Source: a virus (lineage: Duplodnaviria; Caudoviricetes). From it: a stretch of DNA of 64,000 nt. A program made the translations under genes and the position numbers. Every line of letters starts with the position of its first letter. Position 1 is the first letter of the stretch. Where the stretch lies: positions 128,001 to 192,000 of IMG/VR virus record IMGVR_UViG_3300031998_000006. One strand, written 5' to 3'. The notes under the pieces are model-generated. The model was given only the letters and a program-made list of their open reading frames with translations, made no database searches and was not told where the DNA came from. Below, in pieces: positions 35,304-46,264 of this stretch.

Positions 35304-36242
35304 CTAGGCTTTGATGCCTAGTTCCTTCATAATGTCTTGGGCTTCGGCTGGGGTAAGGTCGCCGGGGTCACGGGGGTTTCCCTTGGCATCAAGCCCGAAC
35401 TCTGCGGCACACACCTCCACGGAGCATCCGCAAGCGGCAATGTCACGGGCATAATCCCTAGCGTGCTGTTGGGCTTCGGGTTCGGGGTCGAATAAAAAGA
35501 TTACTTCGGGCCATTGAGTAAGTAGGCTGACCTGCTCACGGGTAAGGCTCGTTCCGAATGTAGCAACAGAACCAGGACCCATTCTCCACTGGTCGAACAC
35601 ACCCTCCACCACAACGATGCGGTCGCGATTCTGTGCGAGTTCAGCACCGTAGAGAAGGTGCTTGTGATGCACCACCGCCTTTTCAACGGGGCAACACTTG
35701 TATCGGAGTTCCTGTTTACCGGTATAATCTCTTCCTTGGAAAGTACAAAGATTTCCAAAGCAATCGTACACGGGGATAATGATTCTGTAGCGAAAGTCTA
35801 TTCCCTGCCAATCGCCTACCATATCCGTTCCAAGGATTCCGTGGTAGAACTCAAGTTCTTCTGGGTCAAACCCACGTCCACGAAGGTACTTGCGATGCGG
35901 TTCTCCGATGGGGCTTCCGGGAAGGGTAATGCTCGTAACGCCCAATGTGGATTTGCGTTGAGTGGGGGTATAAGTGTGGGAACTGACACCATGCGAGTAT
36001 TTACGGATGAGTTCTCTAGCAGAGTCCATAGGGATTCTAGCGGCTAGAGCAACCGCCTTAACTGGATGACCTGCGGAGCATCGCCAACATTGGCAAGTTC
36101 CTTTTTCTATGGAGAATCCTAGATGATTTGAATGGTCATCACAAAACGGACACTGAATGTTAATATTTCCGGGAGCAACATTCTTACCGCTTTCCCAATT
36201 AGGGACATTCAAATCATCAAAAAGCCGTTTCCAATCTGTCAT
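35304..36242 (-). CDS. DNA primase (zinc finger plus TOPRIM)
   Basis: CPFCDDH, CWRC, VVEGVFD, FDPE, DPGD. Confidence 0.9.
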   Translation of the reverse strand: MTDWKRLFDDLNVPNWESGKNVAPGNINIQCPFCDDHSNHLGFSIEKGTCQCWRCSAGHPVKAVALAARIPMDSARELIRKYSHGVSSHTYTPTQRKSTLGVTSITLPGSPIGEPHRKYLRGRGFDPEELEFYHGILGTDMVGDWQGIDFRYRIIIPVYDCFGNLCTFQGRDYTGKQELRYKCCPVEKAVVHHKHLLYGAELAQNRDRIVVVEGVFDQWRMGPGSVATFGTSLTREQVSLLTQWPEVIFLFDPEPEAQQHARDYARDIAACGCSVEVCAAEFGLDAKGNPRDPGDLTPAEAQDIMKELGIKA

Positions 36243-36877
36243 TTAGACTTCCTTTGTTTGGCAAGCCAAGACCTAAAAGGCTTCCAACTTAATTCGCCAC
36301 CATTACTTTTATATTTCTTATATTCTTCTAAATCTCGCTTAATTATTGTTGCAAATTTAGTTTGAATAGTTTTTCGAAATTCAGCATTGGTAGCCCATAT
36401 TCGTTTAGTAACTTCCGATTGCCGTGACCTCTTTTCTGGAGTCCAAATTCGTTCTTGAGCATTATGTAGCTTATCCCTAAATTCTTTTGTAGCCCGAATC
36501 GGTGCGCAGGCTTCTACAACGTGTAATGTATGCTCTGGAGTTTGTTTCACTCCTTTCTTTGCTTCACTTATATGCCTACGATGTTCTTCTGTAAATTCGG
36601 GGATATGACCATCTTTAAACTGACCATTTACTAACCTATCCGTAGGAATTAGGGTAGTATGCATTTTATTATGTTCTCGTCCATTCATAAAGACTAATTC
36701 ACAAGCTGGACGATTATAATACATCCCTAATTCTTTTAAATCCGCTTGGGATAGCCCCATTTCCTCAAATCTATGATGGATATGATATTTTTCGGAAGAT
36801 TCCGATGCTTCTTTAAACCCTTTAATATTTTCAATAGGGTCACAACAATACATTCGTGCCATTGCACTATTAAACAT
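36239..36877 (-). CDS. free-standing HNH homing endonuclease with NUMOD3-like repeats
   Basis: HIHHR...ELVFM..EHNKMH, TEEHRRHISEAKKG; AT-rich relative to neighbours. Confidence 0.75.
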   Translation of the reverse strand: MFNSAMARMYCCDPIENIKGFKEASESSEKYHIHHRFEEMGLSQADLKELGMYYNRPACELVFMNGREHNKMHTTLIPTDRLVNGQFKDGHIPEFTEEHRRHISEAKKGVKQTPEHTLHVVEACAPIRATKEFRDKLHNAQERIWTPEKRSRQSEVTKRIWATNAEFRKTIQTKFATIIKRDLEEYKKYKSNGGELSWKPFRSWLAKQRKSK

Positions 36878-36880
36878 AAG

Positions 36881-36939
36881 AGCCACCTCCGGCTTGTTGG
36901 GGTTTTTAAGCCCCGACGACGCGTCAAGTCGGAGGGGCT
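36881..36939 (-). promoter_or_regulatory. hairpin sequestering the RBS of the HNH gene
   Basis: AGCCCCTCCGACTTG pairs with CAAGCCGGAGGTGGCT, which contains GGAGG. Confidence 0.65.
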
Positions 36940-36982
36940 ATAGCTAATATAGCAACCTACCAGTATATAGTCAATAACATCA

Positions 36983-37288
36983 TCAGCCATCCAACTTAAT
37001 TGAGTCGAGCCATTGCTTGATGATTGCGTGGACTCGCTGACGGGTCACACCTTCGGCTTTGGCGATGTCACGATAGGACATACCCTTCTCGTGCATTTCG
37101 TGGAACTTCTTGCCACGCAAATCACGGTCCTTCGCCAACTGCAACTTCACGGGCTGAAAACCGCAATGCAGATGCACACGGCAGAAGTACGAACATTGTG
37201 CGTAGGTCTTCCCTTCGGGAATCTGGTTCTTTTTCAACTGCTTTATCTGTTCCACAGTCCAGTCTTTATATGGGGATTGTGTTACCAT
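36983..37288 (-). CDS. HTH protein (sigma region-4-like)
   Basis: GMSYRDIAKAEGVTRQRVHAII. Confidence 0.75.
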   Translation of the reverse strand: MVTQSPYKDWTVEQIKQLKKNQIPEGKTYAQCSYFCRVHLHCGFQPVKLQLAKDRDLRGKKFHEMHEKGMSYRDIAKAEGVTRQRVHAIIKQWLDSIKLDG

Positions 37289-37296
37289 ATTACACC

Positions 37297-37425
37297 TCAC
37301 TTTTTTAGAAATTCTATCATAACCATCGCAAATATTCCGAACACCGTCAATGCGGTCATCGTTATAAATATGCAGATAACCGAAAATAATATAGTGCCGA
37401 TTGCTCGTAAACTTGCTCTAAACAT
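37297..37425 (-). CDS. 42-aa membrane peptide
   Basis: Hand translation MFRASLRAIGTILFSVICIFITMTALTVFGIFAMVMIEFLKK; class II motif upstream. Confidence 0.5.
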   Translation of the reverse strand: MFRASLRAIGTILFSVICIFITMTALTVFGIFAMVMIEFLKK

Positions 37426-37454
37426 CTGTAATTACCATATAGTCATTGTCTAGT

Positions 37455-38944
37455 CTATAAATTCCTTCCACACATAGGGCAATAGCGGATTTGTGAACTT
37501 TCACCGAATACGGACTGCGGAAAGCCATAGAGGTCATCCCCGTTGGAAATGTCCGCTTCAATAGTCCATCCGTTCTCGCCCGAATTGTGGACTAGCTTGA
37601 AGGAATGAGCAAGGCATCCACCGAAGTCCTTGCCACTTTGCCCAACCTTCAAGAGTCCACATTCACAATACGGGCATTTGTTTGGAATCATTGCTTTAGC
37701 CTTGTCCGTAAGTTCAAGGGGCATAGACTCGTGATTCCGTTCCCACAATGCTTCCTTTTCCGGGTCACGCTTTACAACTTCCAGTTCATTAGGAAATGTC
37801 ATCAAGCACCCCCGAATTTAGGGAACTTTCGTAGGGTAACATTAAAAGACCTTCGGACCGTGTTCTTGGCATAGAACTCATCGAGTTCTTTCTGCTTGTG
37901 GATTCTTCGGAGTTCTCTCCTACGGGCATTCATCCGGTTGATACGGTCATCGGGCTTGATAACTACCATACCTTTGCAGACATCCCTAGATACGGAAACA
38001 CGACTCAACCCGAACTCATTAGATAACCGGACTTCCATATCCTTGTTAGGCATCTGCATTTGCTGTAGCATCTTTATGAACTTCGATAACTTCATCTGCA
38101 TTTTCCTTTGGAGAGTCCGGCAAGATTGCAATGCTTGATATTTCCGTGAACTGGTAGGTATTCTCGTCATCAGGCAAACATTCTCCTACACCCCCATAGG
38201 CGAAACCGAGCCTAATACCACCTTGAATCAAATCAAGCAGACGCTTGCTATCCGGGAGCTTCGGGTCAAGGGTCAAGGTAGCAATCGCTTCATCGCCATT
38301 GTCAACGATGGTGTCGATTGTGCCAACCCCAGCCTTGTGCAAGAGTTCTTCGGGGGAGTCCGGGATAAGCGGGTCAACTGGCTTCGGGAAGCCGAGTGTG
38401 ACTACTCGCTCCGAAGCCGGTCTGCTCAAGAAGTCAGCGAGTACATTTTCGGGGCAGAAATGGCGGCAATTATGGACGTGTTCAAAAGCCAACACTTGAT
38501 TAGGGTCCGGCTTGTTGACAATCAGCTTGTCGCAAATCTTGTCATTGTCGCTCTTTTCCAGGAACTTGCGGACTTCCTCAAAATCCGAATGGGAGTTCAT
38601 AAGGTAGTTCATACACACGTTGAAATCATTGGCAGCCCGTACCCAGTCCTCATTCTCAAGGACTTCTCCTTTTGCGTACTTGTCTGCATTCGCACGGATG
38701 GCATCTGCCACCGCATAGAGCCTATTTCTTACTTCTTCTCTGGTCATTTTTAGCCCCACACATAGTCGATGTAGCCGTTGAGAGCATAGGCACCGAGGAA
38801 CACCAAAGCCCCAGCGATACCCTGCAACCAATACTTGACCCTTTCCACTTTTTCCTTGTGGCGGTAGTAGGCATTCCAAGAGCTGAATCCCTGCGGTACG
38901 AGTTCGGGAATGAAAGAATTTTCGGTTTTGACGAGATTAGGCAT
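37455..38944 (-). CDS. cluster of about four hypothetical genes including a YCPMCGRNL zinc-ribbon protein
   Basis: Coupled ORFs downstream of the promoter at 38984-39012. Confidence 0.6.
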
Positions 38945-38983
38945 TGTGGTTGTCCTCGGTGGTTGAATTTTTTGTACACCTTA

Positions 38984-39012
38984 AATATAACACTTTATCC
39001 AATAAGTGTCAA
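38984..39012 (-). promoter_or_regulatory. sigma70-type phage promoter (class I)
   Basis: TTGACA-17-TATATT. Confidence 0.8.
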
Positions 39013-39044
39013 TAGTGTTTCGTAATGTAAGTGTTAAATAATGT

Positions 39045-39761
39045 TTACACTATTTCAAAATTACGGGGTTCGTTCCGTATCGGGAAATTGTGTTCACGGA
39101 TGAGGTCTATGTAGGTCTGCAACGATTCCCTATAGTCCTCGTGTTGGTCGGCATCGCCACCAACGGCACCGTTAAGAAGGACTTCACAAGTAATAGCTAC
39201 CTTGTAGTGGAGGTAGTCGCAGACAAGACCTAGGTACTGGTCTTCGCTACCCCATCGGGTAAATCGTGGCTCAAACAGAGAGCCATTGTTGAATGCCATA
39301 ACCTCAAGGATGGCTGAAACCCGCATAACGAATCCACAGGAATAGAAGGGGTTGCAGAGAGTTCCGGTGTCCACGATGGTAGCACCACTCAACGGAACAT
39401 AAACCTTTTGATGACGTGCATCGTGTTCGCAAGAGTATAGGACGCACTGGATGCCACGGGAGTCTATCAATGACTCTATGGCATCCGGGTTGTAGGTTGT
39501 TGGGTAGCGGTCGCCATCAAAGAACTCTATGATGTCGTCGAAACGAGGGTCAAATGTAGAGAGTATCTTCTGTACCCCCGCATTGCGATTAGCCCCACGA
39601 TTACCGGCATAGGGCATCAGCACATAGTTGCATCCGTGAGCGATGCATTCCGTGATGTCCTTCTCCGTAGGGGAGTCGAATACGAACACGGTGGATGGGC
39701 CACCCGGAAACTTTCGGATGGATTCCGTCTGGTTGTGTGAGATGACTACGCGGTACAGCAT
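39045..39761 (-). CDS. GT-A fold glycosyltransferase-like protein
   Basis: RGANRNAG, FFDGD (DxD), FTRWGSED. Confidence 0.7.
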   Translation of the reverse strand: MLYRVVISHNQTESIRKFPGGPSTVFVFDSPTEKDITECIAHGCNYVLMPYAGNRGANRNAGVQKILSTFDPRFDDIIEFFDGDRYPTTYNPDAIESLIDSRGIQCVLYSCEHDARHQKVYVPLSGATIVDTGTLCNPFYSCGFVMRVSAILEVMAFNNGSLFEPRFTRWGSEDQYLGLVCDYLHYKVAITCEVLLNGAVGGDADQHEDYRESLQTYIDLIREHNFPIRNEPRNFEIV

Positions 39762-41572
39762 TAGTAGCTCATCACGAATACTTTACCGTTCAAATAAGTA
39801 AACAGCACTCGTGCAGTTGCCATATCCCTCAACTGGGTATAGTTGTTGCTCTGTGTTCCGGGCGCTCCATAGTTCGGAGAAGGTGCGGCATAGAATGCCG
39901 GGTAGATGACATTATCCGAACCACACTCGCTACCCCAATACTTTACATAAGTTGGCACACTGTTATAGCCCACAAACCGAATCGCTGGCTTTCCAAAGCT
40001 ATTGTAATCCAAAGTGCCACCACCGGAAACCTTGTTGGTAACGGGACTTGCTTGGTCACGATAAGTCACAGCGGGGTTGCCGATAGTTGTGGGGTCTGCC
40101 ATCGGAAGCCAGACCGAGTGAAGGTTCACTTCGTAAACCACACCTTCTTTAAGTTCGTCGATGGCGATGTACAAAGTCAATCTTGGATTCTTTATCCAAA
40201 TATTAGTGGTGCTAGTTGCTCCAGGTGTAAAATCATTGTAGTCGAGAATAGCATACCAGAAGTACCAATCAAGTTTGGTAATCGCACCGTGCTGGAACGA
40301 GAACCCCGGATAGCCCGAATACCAATTAGGGGATGCGGGTTCGCCACTACTATGACGAGTACCCATATCCTGCTTCGGAGTCAAGAACCGATTCTCATTA
40401 GGAAGGACTACCAACAACTGGGCTTCATTGAATGAAGAAGCTGACCCAAATCCGTTATCAACAATATACGGATGAATTAAACCCGGATTAAAAGAGTCGT
40501 CCGCAATGGCGTGAACCAAAAAGTCAGAAATTATGGCGCTACTGCCACCTCCACCGCTGACCGCAGAAGCATAGCCCCACTTAACGGTGCCATCCTTATA
40601 AATGGTAACAGTATTACCTTCCGATGCATTGACAAAACGGAACTCAAAGCTATCCCATCCGCTCAACTGGTAACGAGATGTGCTATAGTTATGGGTCACT
40701 ACAAGAATAGGTTCTGTGTCCCAGTCAGCAACGGATGCCTGCATCTGGGCGTACAGACCATTTTTGATTGTAGTTGGATTAACAGTGTCTTTTCCGTGGA
40801 TGCTATATTGAGTGGAAAGTCCGCTTCCAGTCATCCAGTTGCCATACACGATGGAGGGGCGTAGACCTCCAAAATACTCATCGGGGCTTGCATCGCTACC
40901 CGTGTAGGTAAACATCAGCCCAAGACCCAAACCTTCTATTACCAACTGGAAATTATCCGGACGGCAAATATTCGTAGTGTGAGTCAGCTTGTAAGAACCA
41001 ATCTTGGCGATACCCGCGTTAGTATTGTAGCCAGCGGTTTCAACATAAGCCGTAGGCGAGGACCAGAAATTAAACCCACCGGCAAGGTTCTGCACGATGT
41101 ACGGATGCGACGAATAAATGTTCATCATATCCTTCGTGACAAAGGCATCCCAGCTACCGCCAACCTTAAAGTCGGAGCAATCTATGATATTAAGAAGTTC
41201 ATAGGTAAACTCAAGGGGCATTCTTCCCGTATCGGCGTCAATGTAGATGTTGACGGGGGCTTTAGCAAGAACCGTACCGGATTCATAGCCATCCGTGCCA
41301 TCGGGCTTGCTACAAATCAACAGACCCACGTCGATATAAGTAAAGGACGGATGCTTTTCAACATAGGCATCAAACATCTTCTGGGTAATCACGAAATCGT
41401 AGTGAATAGACCTAGCCAACTGGTTAGCGGCTTCGGGCTTGAACACGTCGTCGATTTGGTAATCGGTATGAATCTGTTGGTTCGGGTTTGTCTGCATAAT
41501 GGACCTCTTTCCATCAAATCTATAAATTTTACAAGGCTTCCGTTGTGGCAATAATCTGCTCACGGAAGACAT
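39761..41572 (-). CDS. putative virion structural or tail protein
   Basis: Beta-rich G/S/T/Y composition; start uncertain. Confidence 0.45.
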   Translation of the reverse strand: MSSVSRLLPQRKPCKIYRFDGKRSIMQTNPNQQIHTDYQIDDVFKPEAANQLARSIHYDFVITQKMFDAYVEKHPSFTYIDVGLLICSKPDGTDGYESGTVLAKAPVNIYIDADTGRMPLEFTYELLNIIDCSDFKVGGSWDAFVTKDMMNIYSSHPYIVQNLAGGFNFWSSPTAYVETAGYNTNAGIAKIGSYKLTHTTNICRPDNFQLVIEGLGLGLMFTYTGSDASPDEYFGGLRPSIVYGNWMTGSGLSTQYSIHGKDTVNPTTIKNGLYAQMQASVADWDTEPILVVTHNYSTSRYQLSGWDSFEFRFVNASEGNTVTIYKDGTVKWGYASAVSGGGGSSAIISDFLVHAIADDSFNPGLIHPYIVDNGFGSASSFNEAQLLVVLPNENRFLTPKQDMGTRHSSGEPASPNWYSGYPGFSFQHGAITKLDWYFWYAILDYNDFTPGATSTTNIWIKNPRLTLYIAIDELKEGVVYEVNLHSVWLPMADPTTIGNPAVTYRDQASPVTNKVSGGGTLDYNSFGKPAIRFVGYNSVPTYVKYWGSECGSDNVIYPAFYAAPSPNYGAPGTQSNNYTQLRDMATARVLFTYLNGKVFVMSY

Positions 41573-44453
41573 ACACGGAGTTCACAAGTTCCTCAAGTTC
41601 CTTGGCGTAATCGTCGAAGATGCCGAAGCGGAACTCCACAAACTTGCCATTGTCCGCAGGCAACTGACCCACGAACTTCGGAGTGGATATATTAAATTCG
41701 GACAAGTCGTCTTGCAACTGCTTCAACCTCTTTCCGTTATCTCCGCAAAGACCGGCAAGGTTTTCGGCAAGAAGGTACATTTCGTGGATAATGTCCATCA
41801 CGGACCACTTTTCCGGGTCAACATACTTGGCACACTTCGGGATTGGATTCCGCATCGTGATGTAGTGGTACTTCGTTCCGCTGGGACTAATGGCATCTAC
41901 AGAGAGAATCTTACCGATAGAGTTTTCCGGTACAACGGACACGGACACACTTTCGCAAGGGAATATGTAGAAATCGTAGCCATCCCTAGACCCGTAGGAC
42001 TTGGACTCCTTATCCAGATATTCGTGATACACCGCCATGCTGATTTGGCGAGATTGCGACATATAGGACGAATGGTAATAGATTACCTCTGCCGGGTTGG
42101 AGTTCTTGTAGTACAGACTAGAACCGGACTTGATTCTAGTGTATGCCGACTTGAACTGGTCGAGGGGCATTTCAAGGTAGTGCCAAGACTGCATCGAGAG
42201 CAGATTGCCATAGACCCCGAAGCAAGGGAACTTCGTTTCTCTACCCTTGTTGATGGAATAACCCACTACTTCCGCAAGCTCTTCCGTGGCGTCGGAGGTA
42301 GTTGCCACAAACGAATGGTAAAGGGTCACGAAAGTATGAGATTCGCCAAGAGCCTTTGCGGTAGCGGGGAGTTCGCCATCCGGAAAGAAGTAGTTGCCTA
42401 TTTCTTCGGTTGTTTCCCACGCTATCCCATCTGTTGTAGGCTGGGGCATACCACATGAATGATGCATAGACAAGGCATCTGGCAGATTGCCTACGATGAT
42501 GGGGTCATTAGAAAGCATACCGGCATCGTACTGATAGCCAATCACATAACCCGAAAGCTGACCGTCCTTGAGTACACTTTCATCAATCTCCAAGCCACTA
42601 GGCAAGCCCCCAAATGTGGACTTGAGTACTTTAGTACGATTGCTAACATTCAGCATCCTACTCACGTTGTCTTCAAGCGAATGGATGGTCCGCTTATCGG
42701 ACGGAAACATTATGAAAGTAGGGGCATCCACGGATATGCCAACAACGCCGTTATCCCCTTCGGCTGTCACACCCGTAATATCTTGACTGCCATCAGCCTT
42801 GTAGATATGCTTCAACTTGATGTTATCATAACTGACCGTGTAGGTGGAATAGGGTACACCAAAAGTCTGCCGTTTAGCATCGTCCAGACCACCCCACAAG
42901 ACCACATCGGGCAAGTAGGACGGAGCGGATGCATAGGTCTGCTGTGCATCAATCAAGCCGGTCACACGGGCGGTGTCCACGAACACCTTCATAGCACGAT
43001 TATAGAAATCCTGCCACGCTTCGGATGCATCCAATTCGGGGTGGGCAACGATGTAATAGTTTTCCATCGCCTGCCACACACCAGCCATATCCTTTACGGA
43101 CTGGTGGACATCCATATTAGTAATCCAATCGTGATAGGACACGAAGTTAGCCGGGGGGTCACCAACCACGGCATTCTGCATATCAATGAAATCCTTCAAG
43201 GTGGTGGGCTGCTTGCCGAACAAGGCACACTGGGCTATAAAGTAGTCAGCCATTGCCGCACGGATGGTATCGTAGGCGGTCTGCCAAATATCCATCAAGT
43301 TCACGATTTCGGGCGTGAACACATCGTCGAGAGCTGACTTCGCTTCCGCAAGAGCTGCGGAATCCGCATCGGGCTTAATGTCAGTTCCGTTCAAGGACAT
43401 CTTGTCCGTGTCCAACTGGGCAAAAGTCTTGCCGGTCTGCAACGGCTTCGGCAATTCCTTCTCAACTTGCCCCGGAATGGCATTGCCCTTGTCATCCCTC
43501 GCCTGCTCCCCATACTTCCTTCGGGGGTACATATTGTTGACGAGCGGAAGCCATGCATCCGTGTAGGAACTACCCCAATACTCAAGTGCCTGTTGGAGCA
43601 TCCGCATCGTATTCGGCAGATAATACGGAGAACCGTTCAAGTACCAAGTATCAGGATTCTGCCGGTCCAACTTGCCCACGTAGGATGGGTCACGGGTAAA
43701 CATAATCGGGTCCGGCACGGGGAGCGGAATGGGGGAGAACCCTATTCCGGGAGGAAGGTTGCCCAAGCTAATCTTTTGGTCCGTGCCATAGCTTTCGGAA
43801 GCGATGGGCTTCTTGTACCAATAGGCGCAAGTGACATTAGGTACGATACTATCAAGCAGAGGGATGGGGATTCCCTTGAGGTACAAAGCACCCCAATATT
43901 GCTGAATCATCCCAAGATAGGACTCAAGGCAAATAAGCCCGTCCGTCATAGAAATCATCGCAAGGAGGGCAGCCTTGATGGCAGCCTTTGCACCCGCTGC
44001 CACATCTCCAGCCATACTTCCCGTCTGGGTGGCAAGCAAGCCCACCATATCGTGCAGATACCAATAGTTCGCTTCGCCCATATACCTACGGAGAATCGGG
44101 GTGTCCTGGATGATTTCCCACGCTTCCTTGGCAAAGTCAAGGGTCATCGTACTTTCAAAGTTTGCGGACAAGTCCTGAATCTTGTTAAGGAGTTCTTGAT
44201 AGTTCTCCTTAATCTTTTTAAGGCGGTCCTCCCAATCGTTCAGCCACTTCTTAATCTGCTTGAGCGATGACTTCTTGCCCAAAATCATAGGATTCATCAG
44301 CCAGTGCATCGTATCATAGGCATTACGAGCGGTAAGGACCACGGACGAGATATACGGGTTGTTGTCATCTTCGGATATGGCGATGTTGTCGTCCATGATT
44401 GAATCGGACGGCTTTTCCTTGAGCAAAGAACCGATGCCAGAAAACAGATTCAT
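41529..44453 (-). CDS. large hypothetical protein (974 aa), possibly structural
   Basis: Long ORF with no recognised motif. Confidence 0.7.
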   Translation of the reverse strand: MNLFSGIGSLLKEKPSDSIMDDNIAISEDDNNPYISSVVLTARNAYDTMHWLMNPMILGKKSSLKQIKKWLNDWEDRLKKIKENYQELLNKIQDLSANFESTMTLDFAKEAWEIIQDTPILRRYMGEANYWYLHDMVGLLATQTGSMAGDVAAGAKAAIKAALLAMISMTDGLICLESYLGMIQQYWGALYLKGIPIPLLDSIVPNVTCAYWYKKPIASESYGTDQKISLGNLPPGIGFSPIPLPVPDPIMFTRDPSYVGKLDRQNPDTWYLNGSPYYLPNTMRMLQQALEYWGSSYTDAWLPLVNNMYPRRKYGEQARDDKGNAIPGQVEKELPKPLQTGKTFAQLDTDKMSLNGTDIKPDADSAALAEAKSALDDVFTPEIVNLMDIWQTAYDTIRAAMADYFIAQCALFGKQPTTLKDFIDMQNAVVGDPPANFVSYHDWITNMDVHQSVKDMAGVWQAMENYYIVAHPELDASEAWQDFYNRAMKVFVDTARVTGLIDAQQTYASAPSYLPDVVLWGGLDDAKRQTFGVPYSTYTVSYDNIKLKHIYKADGSQDITGVTAEGDNGVVGISVDAPTFIMFPSDKRTIHSLEDNVSRMLNVSNRTKVLKSTFGGLPSGLEIDESVLKDGQLSGYVIGYQYDAGMLSNDPIIVGNLPDALSMHHSCGMPQPTTDGIAWETTEEIGNYFFPDGELPATAKALGESHTFVTLYHSFVATTSDATEELAEVVGYSINKGRETKFPCFGVYGNLLSMQSWHYLEMPLDQFKSAYTRIKSGSSLYYKNSNPAEVIYYHSSYMSQSRQISMAVYHEYLDKESKSYGSRDGYDFYIFPCESVSVSVVPENSIGKILSVDAISPSGTKYHYITMRNPIPKCAKYVDPEKWSVMDIIHEMYLLAENLAGLCGDNGKRLKQLQDDLSEFNISTPKFVGQLPADNGKFVEFRFGIFDDYAKELEELVNSVYVFREQIIATTEAL

Positions 44454-44459
44454 AATAGA

Positions 44460-44894
44460 TTACTTCTTGCGGTCGTTGAGGGGAGGGGCGTTCATATTTA
44501 TCTTGTTCAGCACACCCTTGCCCATCAAGTAGTTGATGTAGGCATAGAGATGCTTACAAGGTGCGGCAACCTGTTTCGGGTTGTTAATTTTCTTGTTGAC
44601 GTGTCCGGTTCCGGGGTAAGTAGAACCAATTTTAGCCAAGGGGTCTTGCACATAATACTGGAATGCGGGGCAGGAGCAATAGATGTAGGACACGGGGCTA
44701 GAATAGTTGACCTTGCCAACCTCGTCCTTCTGCAACTCGATTTCCATTGTGTACATACCCGTAGAGCCAGTAGCCGTACCCTTGAGCAAGACATAGTGTC
44801 CGTTGTGCTTTGCGGAACTGTGGCGAACCTTCGGAGTTACCTTGGCGCTGAACACCTTGTAAAAGTTATCCGCTAGATTTTTGAGAGTTACCAA
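44460..44894 (-). CDS. SWIM zinc-finger protein
   Basis: YCSCPAF...PCKHL. Confidence 0.75.
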   Translation of the reverse strand: MVTLKNLADNFYKVFSAKVTPKVRHSSAKHNGHYVLLKGTATGSTGMYTMEIELQKDEVGKVNYSSPVSYIYCSCPAFQYYVQDPLAKIGSTYPGTGHVNKKINNPKQVAAPCKHLYAYINYLMGKGVLNKINMNAPPLNDRKK

Positions 44895-44912
44895 AATACA
44901 ACCTCTTTAATG

Positions 44913-46208
44913 TTATGCGAAAACGTAACGTTTCCATTTCCGCTGTTTATAGAAGTCACTAAAGACTGCATTACAAACATAGTCTGTTAGCAGGAAGCGA
45001 TATTTGAGTTTCGCTTCTTTGACTTTTTGGAATAAGTTCTTCCAGGTCTTCACTCCATCAAGCGTTTGCTTCCATCGCTCGTCTTGAGTTTCAACGTTAA
45101 ACTTGGGATAGAACCACCCCTTTTCAAATTTCTTATATGCCCTTCTAGCAATCTCGATGCTTGCAGAAACCATATCGGGAGTATTTGGATTTCCGTATGC
45201 AAAGTTGCCCACAATAGATGAATAAGCAGGATTAACCTCAACGAACTCATACTTGTGGATGTTGGCAAGCATATTCAACTTGTTCACAAATAGTTGGCGT
45301 TCCCATCTGTTGTTGCAAAGCCTGTTAAAAGTCTTGCCCTTCTGTTTATCTGTAGGCTTGATAGACAGGTCTTCAATAGCCAGTTTACTGCACTTCCAAT
45401 AATCAACCAATTTGTTAATTTTGTGGGCAATCGCTACTGTTTCGTGCTTTAACTTATTCGTAGAATACTTGGATTTTGCATCCGATAAAGATTTACCACT
45501 AGGTTTTGTTAAGGCTGTAAGGTCATACACCTCTTTGTGAAGAACTCTTAATTCATCATTTTTATCAAACTCAATAACAGATACCCCTATGTAGTTGGGG
45601 TTCATATCTATGCCTAACACTCTGTTATGCTTCAAACTCTTATAGGCTTCGTTGTAAATCAATGATTCATCATAGGTAAGATACAGGTGCTTGTCCGTAA
45701 ACTTGACTGTAACAGGCATTTTCTTCTGTTCGGCTAACTCTTGAACTTTGGCTAACTCTTGTGCCAACTTTTTCTTTACAGAACAAAACTTTATTTCTTT
45801 GCGAATGTCACGGTTCGGTTTATACCTTACAGTGTTATTCGCAAAATCAAACGAAAACAAGCGATTCCCGTGATAGTTAGACTCACCTATACTGCATAAG
45901 GGCATTTGCCGTTCCTGCTTAAACTGCTCTTTGGTAATCAAGCCTTTAAGGTATTGTTTTAGATTCCACTTACCACCGAACAGGACTTTTTTACAATTAT
46001 TAGCATTTAACAATCCGTGGGCTTCCTTTACAGCGGATGAAGCAAGCCAACAGTTTACACCGAAAATTTCTTTAAGTTTGTGCCATGTGGTATTCTCGGA
46101 GCAGCCCTCTTGAAGACGGTTATATGCCATACGGAACATACTGCTATACACACGGATAGCATCCGACAAGTTAGGTTTATTCGTTATGGCTAGTTTCAAC
46201 GTCTTCAC
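44913..46208 (-). CDS. TnpB-related RuvC protein without zinc finger, copy A
   Basis: GIDMNP, LAIEDL, VNPAYSS, PDMVSAS; likely GTG start just after TTGGCA-17-TATATT. Confidence 0.8.
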   Translation of the reverse strand: MKTLKLAITNKPNLSDAIRVYSSMFRMAYNRLQEGCSENTTWHKLKEIFGVNCWLASSAVKEAHGLLNANNCKKVLFGGKWNLKQYLKGLITKEQFKQERQMPLCSIGESNYHGNRLFSFDFANNTVRYKPNRDIRKEIKFCSVKKKLAQELAKVQELAEQKKMPVTVKFTDKHLYLTYDESLIYNEAYKSLKHNRVLGIDMNPNYIGVSVIEFDKNDELRVLHKEVYDLTALTKPSGKSLSDAKSKYSTNKLKHETVAIAHKINKLVDYWKCSKLAIEDLSIKPTDKQKGKTFNRLCNNRWERQLFVNKLNMLANIHKYEFVEVNPAYSSIVGNFAYGNPNTPDMVSASIEIARRAYKKFEKGWFYPKFNVETQDERWKQTLDGVKTWKNLFQKVKEAKLKYRFLLTDYVCNAVFSDFYKQRKWKRYVFA

Positions 46209-46264
46209 TCCACAAATATACATTATGGTAGCATTATTGCCAATGTTACCATACATAATTTAAG

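Noticed and set aside
46209-46256. Upstream ORF-track starts for the TnpB-like genes (46256, 48403, 62834)
   Set aside because: These extensions run through the promoter boxes; all three proteins align from (M/V)KT(L/V)KL.
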